The notes beneath the pieces are model-generated. The model was not told where the DNA came from, ran no database searches, and saw only the letters and a list, made by a program, of their open reading frames with translations. This document shows positions 21,401 to 28,746 of a stretch of DNA of 33,096 nt, one piece after another. This DNA comes from Stramenopiles sp. TOSAG23-6. Its lineage: Eukaryota. The stretch's first letter is position 1; each line of letters opens with the position of its first letter. The translations under genes and the position numbers were made by a program. Location: the NCBI GenBank assembly GCA_900128565.1, contig LT635956.1, forward strand, positions 1 through 33,096, read 5' to 3'.

Positions 21401-24400
21401 ATACCAGCTCTGAATGCTGCGATTAAAGCCCTCAATACATTGAAGCCTAGCGATATTAATGAAGTTAAATCTCTCAAAACACCTCCAGCAGGAGTAAAGT
21501 TGGTCATGCAAGCTGTTTGCGTCATGATGAGTGTCAAGCCAGACAAAGTAAAAGATCCTGAAGGTGGAATGAAAAAAGTAAATGATTATTGGGGGCCTGC
21601 AAAGAAACTTATGTCAGATACAAAGTTTCTTGATAAACTCAAAAAATACGACAAGGACAATATCAATGCAAAAATCATGGAGAAAATACGAAATTCTGGC
21701 AATTATTGTGGCAATCCGGATTTCACTCCAGCTGCTGCTAAGAAGTCGAGTCTCGCATGTGCTGGTATGTGTCAGTGGGTTTTAGCCATGGAAGTCTATG
21801 ATAGAGTTGCTAAAGTTGTAGCGCCAAAGAAGCTTCAACTTAAGGCAGCCGAAAAAGAATTAGCTGTTGTTATGGCTGACTTGTCAAAGAAACAAGAAGA
21901 ATTGGCAGTTGTTGAAGGGAAGCTAAAAACACTACAAGATAATTTTGAAGCCGCAAATAAAAAGAAGTCACAACTTGAGGCCGATGTTAAATTGTGTGCA
22001 GAAAAATTAGAGAGGGCAAAAGAACTGATCACTGGTCTTGGCGGAGAGAAAGCTCGCTGGCAGGGTTTTGCAAATGATCTTACCATTCGTTTAACTAATT
22101 TAACGGGAGATGTTTTGATTTCGTCTGGTGTGATTGCATATCTTGGTAGTTTCACATCGGATTTCCGCAAAATAGCAACAGTTGAGTGGGCAAAACAGTG
22201 CAAAGATAGAGGTATACCTTGCGCAGATGAACCATCTTTAAATTTTACCTTGGGGGATCCAATGGAAACGCAAGAATGGCAAATTTGTGGGCTACCTGCT
22301 GATGATTTTTCGACTGATAATGCTGTAGTTGTCAAGAACTCACAACGATGGCCACTTATGATTGATCCTCAAGGTCAAGCAAATAAGTGGATTCGAAATA
22401 TGGAAGAGAAGAATGCAGAGAATGAAGGTATGCCTCTTCAGGTCATTCGTCAGTCACAAAGTGATTTCCTTCGAACCATTGAAAACTCCGTACAATTTGG
22501 AAACCCTGTACTTTTAGAAAATGTACTAGAAGAATTAGATCCATCCCTTGAACCACTTCTTCTGAAACAAGTATTCAAACAGGGGGGCGTGTTATGTATT
22601 CGTCTGGGAGATTCCACTGTTGAATATAATTCAGAATTTCGATTTTACATTACAACAAAATTACCCAATCCTCATTATTTACCTGAAGTTGCTGTGAAAG
22701 TCACAGTTCTCAATTTCATGATTACCCCTTTGGGTCTGGAAGAGCAACTTGTTGGTATTGTTGTAGCAAAGGAGCGTCCTGATTTGGAGAAGCAAAAACA
22801 AGAACTAATTGTAGCTTTTGCTAATAACAAGCGAATATTGAAAGAGACAGAAGACAAAATTTTACATATTCTGTCAACTTCTGAAGGTAATATTCTCGAA
22901 GATGCTAGTGCTATTGAAGCTATCAAGAGTTCGAAACTGGTCTCTGATGACATTAAAGCAAAACAAAAGGTTGCTGAAGAGACAGGGAAACAAATCGACG
23001 AGGCTCGTGCAGGTTATAAACCTGTATCATTTCGAGCACAACTTCTATTTTTCTGCATTGCTGATCTAGCTGCTGTCGAACCTGTTTATCAGTATTCCCT
23101 AGTTTGGTTTGTAAATTTGTTCATAATGGGCATTGAGAAGAGTGAAAAGAGCAAAAAACTTGAGCAACGTCTAGATAATTTGAATAGCTACTTTACATAC
23201 TCGCTATATTTGAACATCATGCGTTCACTATTAGAAAAAGATAAGCTTCTTTTTTCTTTCATCCTAACGGTTAAAATAAATAAAGGTGCTGGTAATATGG
23301 ACCCTGCAGAGTGGTATTTCTTATTGACCGGTGGAGTTGCTATGGATAACCCTCATATGAATCCGTCAGGTAAAGGTGGTTGGCTCTCTGAGAAATCATG
23401 GGGTGAAGTTTGTCGACTTAGTGATATGCCGGCTTTTAAAGGTCTTCGGGATCACTTTTTGAGTAATACAGAACAATGGCAAGCAATGTACGACATTACT
23501 GAAGCTCACGAGGCACCTCTACCAGATGATTGGAAGCACTTAAGCTCATTTCAATTCCTTCTTGTCTTACGATGTATCCGCCCTGATAAAGTAATGCTTG
23601 CGGTACAAAATTATGTAATTGGACAACTTGGAAAGAAATTTGTAGAACCCCCTCCCTTTGATTTAGAAGCTTGTTACGATGATTCTACTTGCACAACACC
23701 ACTAGTTTTTATTTTATCTCCAGGTTCTGATCCAATGGCGTCATTGCTTAAATATTCAGAAGAGCTTAAAATCAACCTTGATACCATATCTCTTGGCCAA
23801 GGCCAAGGACCTGTTGCTGTGCGTATGATCAATAAGGCAAAAGAAGCAGGTAGTTGGGTAATTCTTCAGAATTGTCATCTTGCAGTCAGTTGGATGAAGG
23901 ATTTGGAGATTCTGTGCGAAAATTTGTCGCCGGATACTTGTAATAATAAGTTTCGACTATGGTTAACTACATATCCATCCCCAGATTTCCCAGTGTCGGT
24001 CCTTCAAAATGGCGTTAAAATGACAAATGAAGCACCTAAAGGTCTTCGAAATAATTTGATGGGTTCATACACAACAGATCCCATTTCAGATGAAACATTT
24101 TTCGACAGTGTACGTAAAGGAAAGGAATTTAAACAGTTGCTGTACTCATTGTGCTTCTTCCATGCTTTGATTCAGGAGCGTAGGCAATTTGGAGCATTGG
24201 GTTGGAACATTCCTTATGAGTTCAATGAATCAGATCTACGAATATCTATAAGACAACTTGCTATTTTCCTTGATGACGATAAACCAGAAATGCCCTTCAA
24301 AGCATTAAACTACACTGCAGGTGAATGTAATTATGGTGGCCGTGTGACGGACGATAAAGATCGTACAACACTGCGTTGCATTTTATCAAGATTTTATTCT

Positions 24401-25483
24401 CCTTCCGTCTTGGAAGATGAAGCATTTCTTGGCGGCTCAGAGGACCAGCCTTGGAAAATGGCTCCAAATGGTTCTTTGTCTGATTATGTTGAATTTATAA
24501 ATCAATTACCTCTTGTTGCAGAGCCAGAAATTTTTGGAATGCATCCAAATGCAAACATTACAAAAGACCAAAATGAAACCAATATGTTATTTGCTGCAAT
24601 TCTTATCACAGAGGGTAGTGGTAGCGGTGCTGATGTTGATATGGAAGGTACAGTCATAGATGTTGCAACTCAATTATTGAAGAAACTTCCTCCCAATTTT
24701 GATATGGAAGAAGCAGCTCTGAAATATCCTGTTGTTTGGAACGAAAGTATGAATACAGTTTTGAATCAAGAATTACTAAAATTCAATGTTCTCAGCACAT
24801 GTATTCGTAATTCACTTATAAATGTTCAAAAAGCAATAAAAGGCCTCATAGTAATGGGCGACGCACTGGAGAAAGTCTTTAAGTCTATATTCTTTGGGCG
24901 GGTTCCCGTCATGTGGGAAGCTAAAAGTTACCCATCGCTGAAGCCATTGGCAGGTTATTTTGGCGACTTTTTGCTAAGATTACAAATGTTTGCCGAGTGG
25001 CTTGCAACTAAACCTCCTCCAGTATACTGGATTTCAGGATTTTATTTTACACAGGCATTTTTAACTGGTACATTACAGAATTTTGCTCGTAAATATACAA
25101 TACCAATTGATAAAGTAGTCTTTGATTTTGCTGTAATGGAAAAAGACAATTATCCTAAGAAACCAAAAGATGGTGTATATGTACATGGATTATATATTGA
25201 AGGTTGTCGATATGACAAAAAAACTAAGCTACTTGCAGAAAGCCATCCAAAGGTGTTGTATACATTAGCACCAATACTATGGCTAAAACCAAAAGAGGAT
25301 GATGGAGAAGGCTTTGTAAATTCATACTCATGTCCTGTTTATAAGACAAGTGAACGTCGAGGTATGTTAAGTACAACTGGCCATTCAACAAACTTTGTCA
25401 TGATGATTGAAATGCCATCAGACAAACATGTGAACCACTGGATTGGCCGTGGAGTAGCAATGCTAACACAATTAGATGATTAA
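12464..25483 (+). CDS. Axonemal dynein heavy chain, probably single-headed inner-arm type (DNAH3/7/12-like), intronless, 4339 aa
   Basis: P-loops GPAGTGKT, GLPFGAKT, GPTGTGKS and GVGGSGRQS; CFDEFNRI; FPRFFFLSNDELLEIL; stalk/MTBD; C-terminal LSTTGHSTNFV. Confidence 0.97.
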   Translation: MGDLSPLSQQFRLKVPPPSPRSGRKSPTRTFKLPVREPGSPSATPKVTSRKTFKRVKPSNFNHPNRNNLSNPSVPSSRESRYSHFNSKEYIAPSNRIASNYTPTAAGLSLSIISDALSGRPGFSSPSRKERSKRRMNSSNSRTVTFSASDFGSGSQGRRHDDTARSNPNYLDLKVNLAPGENIILPSPKRGNERSMQDLFEWSPISEEGDEVKASDFNITKKTRGITALQRFNSQYLQRNVNRYWRVLLKQPNDKLPKLRDTWLKHALIRMGIIAQPEHESVIENLLVEIKALYFCSLQQINLDYEIKNPDVSNRLSIDYDALLFSRNWMASPTSQQIIQNPHMTFDWKVLRNTFINSKRIAKKRLLIQTFFDVLEQTMQALQNIWYIPKQVKDSPLKHSKALVDTTFVDVATKDFYKMLPLEPDQFYDYVVKQINTHRSHLRSAWLDKIFTILSAVSKRMISEQSSPQMETTVSKTKTKKSNGSSKGVHRKTTTTKRHERSDEDVLLSAASTVMSKQLRSCSENSLNALLGWMEWMTKDKPNTHAGFHIKLSVTPHVKELSKDWDQNSADKSVAIGDSDEEPEDDKGDSTSQDNSPFTISPSTDEMIDILTKCVEKIMNADQNFPSAKQLVFPDKESRNRTLSACQMSNESPIVLLVKERIAEIVQNNYSAPLALLASFEKFKSLFDGTEEETIGNTIEQIEELQESDEPGASITVLELVRKELVRLFEVAEDACNFTEDTVFYPMFQVDVVEFKKALESRALLLADKLMSVVVLENRRQMKSLCSIYENMANVLMTTPQDTTALRKLQDYWIKCDEMFLKMKKTANEEVHSRVLFVLELGKCYEDQNNAHLYGEDIIMYGKLLEWPRHIMDFHERSRTMQQSKKGELESVLMMRKSTFEDELKSCSLTLSTLKAESAYTQAIVKKNLAKIKSLTKALENAEMEATRINEQEVEVGLDEPTGYIDDIKTMQVEIKPLGEMWQKIEEYFTYMQQWTKTPLYQLDAETIENDADTLKRNFGKLKKTFTKLDLLEALKISEKVAINVDTFMDDMVPLLMLVCTPGLRLRHWNKIAEITSLDIEWHQEACLSEVTELGLQNYTASIEETCITGVKEYSLEKAMDKMEEEWQGMTFELTAYRDTGTHIISSIDDIQQILDDQIVKTQAMRGSRYITPFLDRANKWEFILKNLQDIIDNWLKVQGVWLYLEPIFSSDDINKQMPKEGEMFRGVDNVWRDSMKKTSDEPEVLKVAQRKGLVKSLLNAIDVLEQIQRGLNQYLETKRLFFPRFFFLSNDELLEILAETKDPLRVQPHLKKCFEGINNLVFEDNLDIVAMKSREKEQIVFDYDKINHKLVNPNDAAGCVEVWLLQVEETMRRSVALQTNLAMIDVEERERTEWLTIWPGQVCISVSQKKWTTEVEQAFLDDNLSSVSQTLQDGLVSIVKLVRGKLPKLARKTISAICVIDVHNRDVVKNMCSLGIDSKTDFDWMAQLRYYYFPDFGSELTGKPGTIRCRMILSEISYANEYLGNSMRLVITPLTDRCYRTLIGAVALDLGGAPEGPAGTGKTETVKDLAKALAMQCVVFNCSDGLDFKAMAKFFKGLASSGAWACFDEFNRIVLEVLSVVAQQILTIQRAKIEKKEKFLFEGTVISLRTTANAFITMNPGYAGRAELPDNLKALFRTVAMMVPDYAMIAEIILYSMGYLLGKSLSVKIVQCYKLCSEQLSAQRHYDYGMRAVMAVLRASNNLKRADMDRGSGDTDEDVLCLRAIMDVNYAKFLSHDLPLFNGIVGDLFPGVKLPEIDRTNQLRAMRKACKVLKLQPTAPFLTKTVQIYEMMVVRHGFMIVGLPFGAKTSAWKVLQLQMGIMNEWYPEDTRWTQVHVVVINPKALTMGQLYGQFDPVSHEWTDGVIPIYYRNMANNKIGKAPDRKWMLFDGPVDAIWIENMNTVLDDNKKLCLMSGEIVAMSDVMSMMFEPMDLDVASPATVSRVGMIYMEPRDLGWRPLLDSWLQGLVDDSTYDELVDKKRQMDEEGEEDDRPFLITSKQACTIELMFEWLVDPLLEFLRKEVKEQSKTQDHFMVQSIIRIVESLLEQTLIGAHDIDKMMREADKKQKKKKKKKGDDDEYDPDIRNRITEELIESIFLVACTWSVCCSTDHIGRAKWDIYFRKLLQGSDFIKEEHKSVYRGLNLRGWVAPRFDPEGKRNTRKLQNPIPDGSIYDYMYVPPESAKKKGKWVTWLSQLKDLNVAKDADFSSICVPTVYTASFEWILKLLVTHKIPVLACGPTGTGKSVYIQNVLNKQMPRDINGFGYVNIQLGLSAKTTVNMVQSIIDGKLDKRRKGVYGPAAGKNCVIFVDDLNMPEIEEYGAQPPLELLRQLIGSGGWFDMKDKTWRSQVDTQIIAAMGPPGGGRNTVSPRTLRHFNLVCFVEFSDDTLLRIFSFIAKWHFDCNNFDASIKKKSNNLVNATIDMYNTAKDNLLPTPAKSHYIFNLRDVARVIQGLLLVKPYTDINVDVVTRLWLHECQRVFADRLVNTEDGDWFTQNAGTLISRHFGTTLDKVCASIANEEKQVGRLELRRLYFGDYMIPGAASKSYKEVIELEKMSKVFNHYLEEFNSMTRKKMDLVLFQFAIEHCSRIIRMMNIPGGNMLLVGVGGSGRQSLTRLAASIADYECFQIEISKNYTTAEWREDMKKVLIGAGTGQRPFVFLFSDTQIVEESFIEDINNILNSGEIPNLFLADEKMEIVDRIRGIAKATFGRKAESMNAGDMYNFFVKRLRDRLHVMLAFSPIGDAFRERLRKFPSLVNCCTIDWFMEWPSDALVATAERFLNDIKVDSEEIRASIVNLCQFFHDFTFDLSKKYLQKRGRHNYVTPTSYLELIKAYKISLSEKQIEVRAARDRYTNGVQKIEFAGEAVSKMQDELIALQPVLKQAQIDTDKLMVEIQEALPGVEKIKASVSKEAAAAQVEADKCAVMKKSCEDDLAEAIPALNAAIKALNTLKPSDINEVKSLKTPPAGVKLVMQAVCVMMSVKPDKVKDPEGGMKKVNDYWGPAKKLMSDTKFLDKLKKYDKDNINAKIMEKIRNSGNYCGNPDFTPAAAKKSSLACAGMCQWVLAMEVYDRVAKVVAPKKLQLKAAEKELAVVMADLSKKQEELAVVEGKLKTLQDNFEAANKKKSQLEADVKLCAEKLERAKELITGLGGEKARWQGFANDLTIRLTNLTGDVLISSGVIAYLGSFTSDFRKIATVEWAKQCKDRGIPCADEPSLNFTLGDPMETQEWQICGLPADDFSTDNAVVVKNSQRWPLMIDPQGQANKWIRNMEEKNAENEGMPLQVIRQSQSDFLRTIENSVQFGNPVLLENVLEELDPSLEPLLLKQVFKQGGVLCIRLGDSTVEYNSEFRFYITTKLPNPHYLPEVAVKVTVLNFMITPLGLEEQLVGIVVAKERPDLEKQKQELIVAFANNKRILKETEDKILHILSTSEGNILEDASAIEAIKSSKLVSDDIKAKQKVAEETGKQIDEARAGYKPVSFRAQLLFFCIADLAAVEPVYQYSLVWFVNLFIMGIEKSEKSKKLEQRLDNLNSYFTYSLYLNIMRSLLEKDKLLFSFILTVKINKGAGNMDPAEWYFLLTGGVAMDNPHMNPSGKGGWLSEKSWGEVCRLSDMPAFKGLRDHFLSNTEQWQAMYDITEAHEAPLPDDWKHLSSFQFLLVLRCIRPDKVMLAVQNYVIGQLGKKFVEPPPFDLEACYDDSTCTTPLVFILSPGSDPMASLLKYSEELKINLDTISLGQGQGPVAVRMINKAKEAGSWVILQNCHLAVSWMKDLEILCENLSPDTCNNKFRLWLTTYPSPDFPVSVLQNGVKMTNEAPKGLRNNLMGSYTTDPISDETFFDSVRKGKEFKQLLYSLCFFHALIQERRQFGALGWNIPYEFNESDLRISIRQLAIFLDDDKPEMPFKALNYTAGECNYGGRVTDDKDRTTLRCILSRFYSPSVLEDEAFLGGSEDQPWKMAPNGSLSDYVEFINQLPLVAEPEIFGMHPNANITKDQNETNMLFAAILITEGSGSGADVDMEGTVIDVATQLLKKLPPNFDMEEAALKYPVVWNESMNTVLNQELLKFNVLSTCIRNSLINVQKAIKGLIVMGDALEKVFKSIFFGRVPVMWEAKSYPSLKPLAGYFGDFLLRLQMFAEWLATKPPPVYWISGFYFTQAFLTGTLQNFARKYTIPIDKVVFDFAVMEKDNYPKKPKDGVYVHGLYIEGCRYDKKTKLLAESHPKVLYTLAPILWLKPKEDDGEGFVNSYSCPVYKTSERRGMLSTTGHSTNFVMMIEMPSDKHVNHWIGRGVAMLTQLDD

Positions 25484-25572
25484 TTGTGATTTAAAATACC
25501 AAATATTTTTATTTAGAAATAAAAAATGTTATACTACAAAAAAACACATATTTAATTGAGTTTAGCGCTCAA

Positions 25573-25866
25573 TCAGTGAAGTTTGCTGAATCTGCAGGAA
25601 ATAATATTATTCTTTAAATCAACATATTCTGTGCATAAACACCAGAAATTCCCAGGTGCTCCACCAGCTGTCAGTTCAACATTAGTGTCTCTCATATTTA
25701 TTCCAACTGCATTTTCAGCTGTATGATTCAAATGAGAGTATCCGCCTGTGTTTGTACTTACAGCTCCTCCAATATTGAACTCCCTTCGTACATTTTTCCC
25801 AATAAATTCTTTCGCTGCGTCACTTTTCAGTTCTATGATCTTGAACGTTTGATTTAAACCTGTCAA
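25573..25866 (-). pseudogene. Degenerate paralogous fragment of the 27669-28126 coding sequence
   Basis: LTGLNQTFKIIELKSDAAKEFIGKNV aligns with LTGLNDTFKIVELKTDDALEFEGKHV; degenerate GG...WCLCTEY where the other copy has GG...CCTICTLY. Confidence 0.55.
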
Positions 25867-26371
25867 AATTCTTAATTTAGCATCCCATTCACTAGAGATG
25901 ACAAATCTCTACTTACCTATGTTGAATACTATTTGAGAAAAGTAAATACAAAATTAATTAAATCATTTTACAAACTTGCTGACAATAAATTGAAAAAAGA
26001 AATGAACCTACTAGATACCAGATTGGAGGCTATTAGGAATGTACAAGATGAATAATGACAAATGAATGAAAGAAAATAGATAAATTTATTTTAAAATTAA
26101 TTATCTGGATTTGCTTTTTTCTTTTTCAATTTTTTTATGCAGGATCTCCATTTGCTTTTGCATCTGCTGTAATGATTTTAATAATGGATTTCCTCCTTCT
26201 TCGGAAAAAGAGCCACCCAAGACCCTCTGCTTCATTTAATGGTTTTAAATGATTAAAAACATACAATGGATCTTTTCCATATAAATATCATTTTTACTAT
26301 TTCATCTAATTCAGTTCTAGGTAAACATTCTACTTCAAATAGACATGCCCCTAGATCATGGGGATATGTGT

Positions 26372-27239
26372 TACCCCTTTTGGGAGCGGGAACATGACCA
26401 GAGGAATTGACTTTGAACCATACAACTCCTTCCACTAATTATCAATATTCACTGGTGATCATACATAATTAGCATGGTGAATTGGATGTGCATAATAATT
26501 CATAGGATTTCCATTATGATGAATATTAGAATCATTATAATTATAAGGATAACTAGTAGTATTTGGATAATACCTTTGAAGTTCCTCTCAATGGTGAGTA
26601 CTCAGGATATTTCTTCTTCTTTGGAGGACAAACTGTTGCAGCAGGAGCACCAGATGGAGATAGAGATGCAGCCTTCCGCTTTGGTGCAACTGCTGGAGCC
26701 TTCTTCTCATCATTGTGATGAGTTGATGATGATTGGCCAAGTGGTGGGTCGTTGTTGCCATCTTGGGTGACTTTTTCTTCAGTTTTGCTAGTTGCTGAAT
26801 GGGTGGTTGTTGGTTTATTTCCCATATATTTCATTTTATGGGCATGATCGCCTTTCATTGGACATTTGCCTTGCTTGTTTGCCGAGCAAGGTAAGCTTCC
26901 AGCTTAGATGAAGGTTCTTCTGGAATATTGCTTCATCTTGACCTAATATGATCAGAGGAAGGTGCAAAGAATAAGTCCAACTTGTCACAGAGACATTTAC
27001 ATCTCTGGGCTTGGCAAGTTAGATGTTCATTTGAATACAAATCAATAAACCAAGTTGTATAATGCAACAAGGATTCCTTATCTTTTTGTTTAATTTGGGT
27101 TAATCTTGTACCCCTTTCAGGAGTGGGAACATGACCAGAGGAATTGACTTTGAACCATACAACTCCTTCCACTCTCTCAATGGCAAGTACTCAGGATATT
27201 TCTTCTTCTTTGGAGGACAAACCATTGCAGCAGGAGCAC
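26372..27239. repeat. Direct duplication of ~130 bp (26372-26650 vs 27109-27239); the first copy carries 148 extra nt (26437-26584)
   Basis: Shared GGGAACATGACCAGAGGAATTGACTTTGAACCATACAACTCCTTCCACT and CTCTCAATGG...GCAGCAGGAGCAC. Confidence 0.85.
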
Positions 27240-27668
27240 TGCGCATGCTGTTTATGTCAGTCTTCACAAGCCTTCCTGCGCACCTCCTTTGCTTGCTCTT
27301 CAATGCAATTTAGATGTGCTTTTTCTCTTTGTTTGTGTGCTTCAACATGATATAGTAACTGATGTCCTTTAATGTAGTCAAGAATTTTCTTTCTGCTTTT
27401 AAATATCTTATCTTCATTCATTGTTTCAAAGACAGGAACTTTTGACATAAACATGTCTCATCAGAACTTGAGGTCATTGTTAAAATTAGTTTGATTCTGT
27501 ATAATATTAGTATTAATACAAGTACAAAGTAATTACTAGTACTACTAAACTGGGTATAAAAAAACACCATGATATCAGCAGTATTTATCAGAGTAGTCAA
27601 AAATAGTTCCGAAATTATTTCAGTACTACATAGTTCAAACAAAATAAATTCTCCAAACATCTACTACT

Positions 27669-28126
27669 TTATTTTGGATTTGATATGATGGTATATGTGA
27701 ACTGCATTTCTGGGGTGAATATTTTACCAAGTGCTAGTTGATAAGCACATTGATAAACTTTTGAATGAATTATCATCTCTTTCTTTTTCTCAAGGGTTTT
27801 CAGATGACCAAGGGAAGTTTCATGTTTAGTAATCTTCCCTCTCTGAAAATTAATATTTCCTTGTTTTGTTGTCCATACATTTGGTTTGTTCTTATCACCA
27901 TACAATGTACAAATAGTACAGCACATAGGATTGAATGCACCTCCTGAATGAGATAACCAAGGGGAACATTCATTTCTATCTCATTTTTAACGTGTTTTCC
28001 TTCAAATTCCAGCGCGTCATCAGTTTTTAATTCTACTATCTTGAATGTATCATTTAATCCTGTGAGTCTTTTCATATGGCTGTTGAATTGTGCTTGGTAT
28101 TTGAAAAATTCATCCTTTCTTTCCAC
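27669..28126 (-). pseudogene. Frameshifted fragment with a TTF-type zinc finger (hAT-transposase-associated); probable transposon relic
   Basis: After a frameshift near 27965 it reads PWLSHSGGAFNPMCCTICTLY...NVWTTKQGNINFQRGKITKHETSLGH (PWL...CxxC...HExSxxH pattern). Confidence 0.6.
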
Positions 28127-28746
28127 TGCTTCATTATTTCTGCATTAAATACAGACTTCTTATTTGTTGAGGCTGAGTAAGACTTCATGCAAGCAAGATA
28201 CTTGCAGTTTCTAATTGTATTACAGCTGCATTCAAAAGTGTGCCTGTAAATTTGGCAATAGATCCAGTACTTCCATCACTATTGAGTTTGATTGAGTTCA
28301 CTTTCAACAACACAAACCATACAGGAGTATCCATTGTGGTTACTCCTACCATTGTGGTAGACATGATACCATGGTGGTATACATGAATAATATAATCAAG
28401 TGAAGTTGTGTTGTGTACTTTGTCTCTAGCTCTATTGTTGTTCAAGCCTGTAGAGAGAGCAGAGAGAGTGTCAAGAGAAGACTTTTAATTATTTATTTTG
28501 CTAATTGCAAATTTGCTACTATTTTTTATTATTCAAGCAGGTTTGTTCGTGAAATAACGGACAACTGTTACTTTCGATTTGTATATTGGTACAGTAGTAT
28601 TGATATCAAGTAACTAGTAATCATAAAATTTGTAAACATACTACAGATACAAGTATACTGTAGGACTTATTATTCAATATACAATGGTATCCTACTAATT
28701 TACAGACACAAACTTGCTTGGTACACATCATAAAAGGCGTGCAAAA

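Noticed and set aside
12763-22953. Short antisense ORFs within dynein (and within other long genes)
   Set aside because: Shadow ORFs of long coding sequences with no recognisable motifs.
28185-28445. 86-aa minus-strand ORF as a real gene
   Set aside because: No recognisable motif and inside the CpG-depleted decayed region; cannot be supported.
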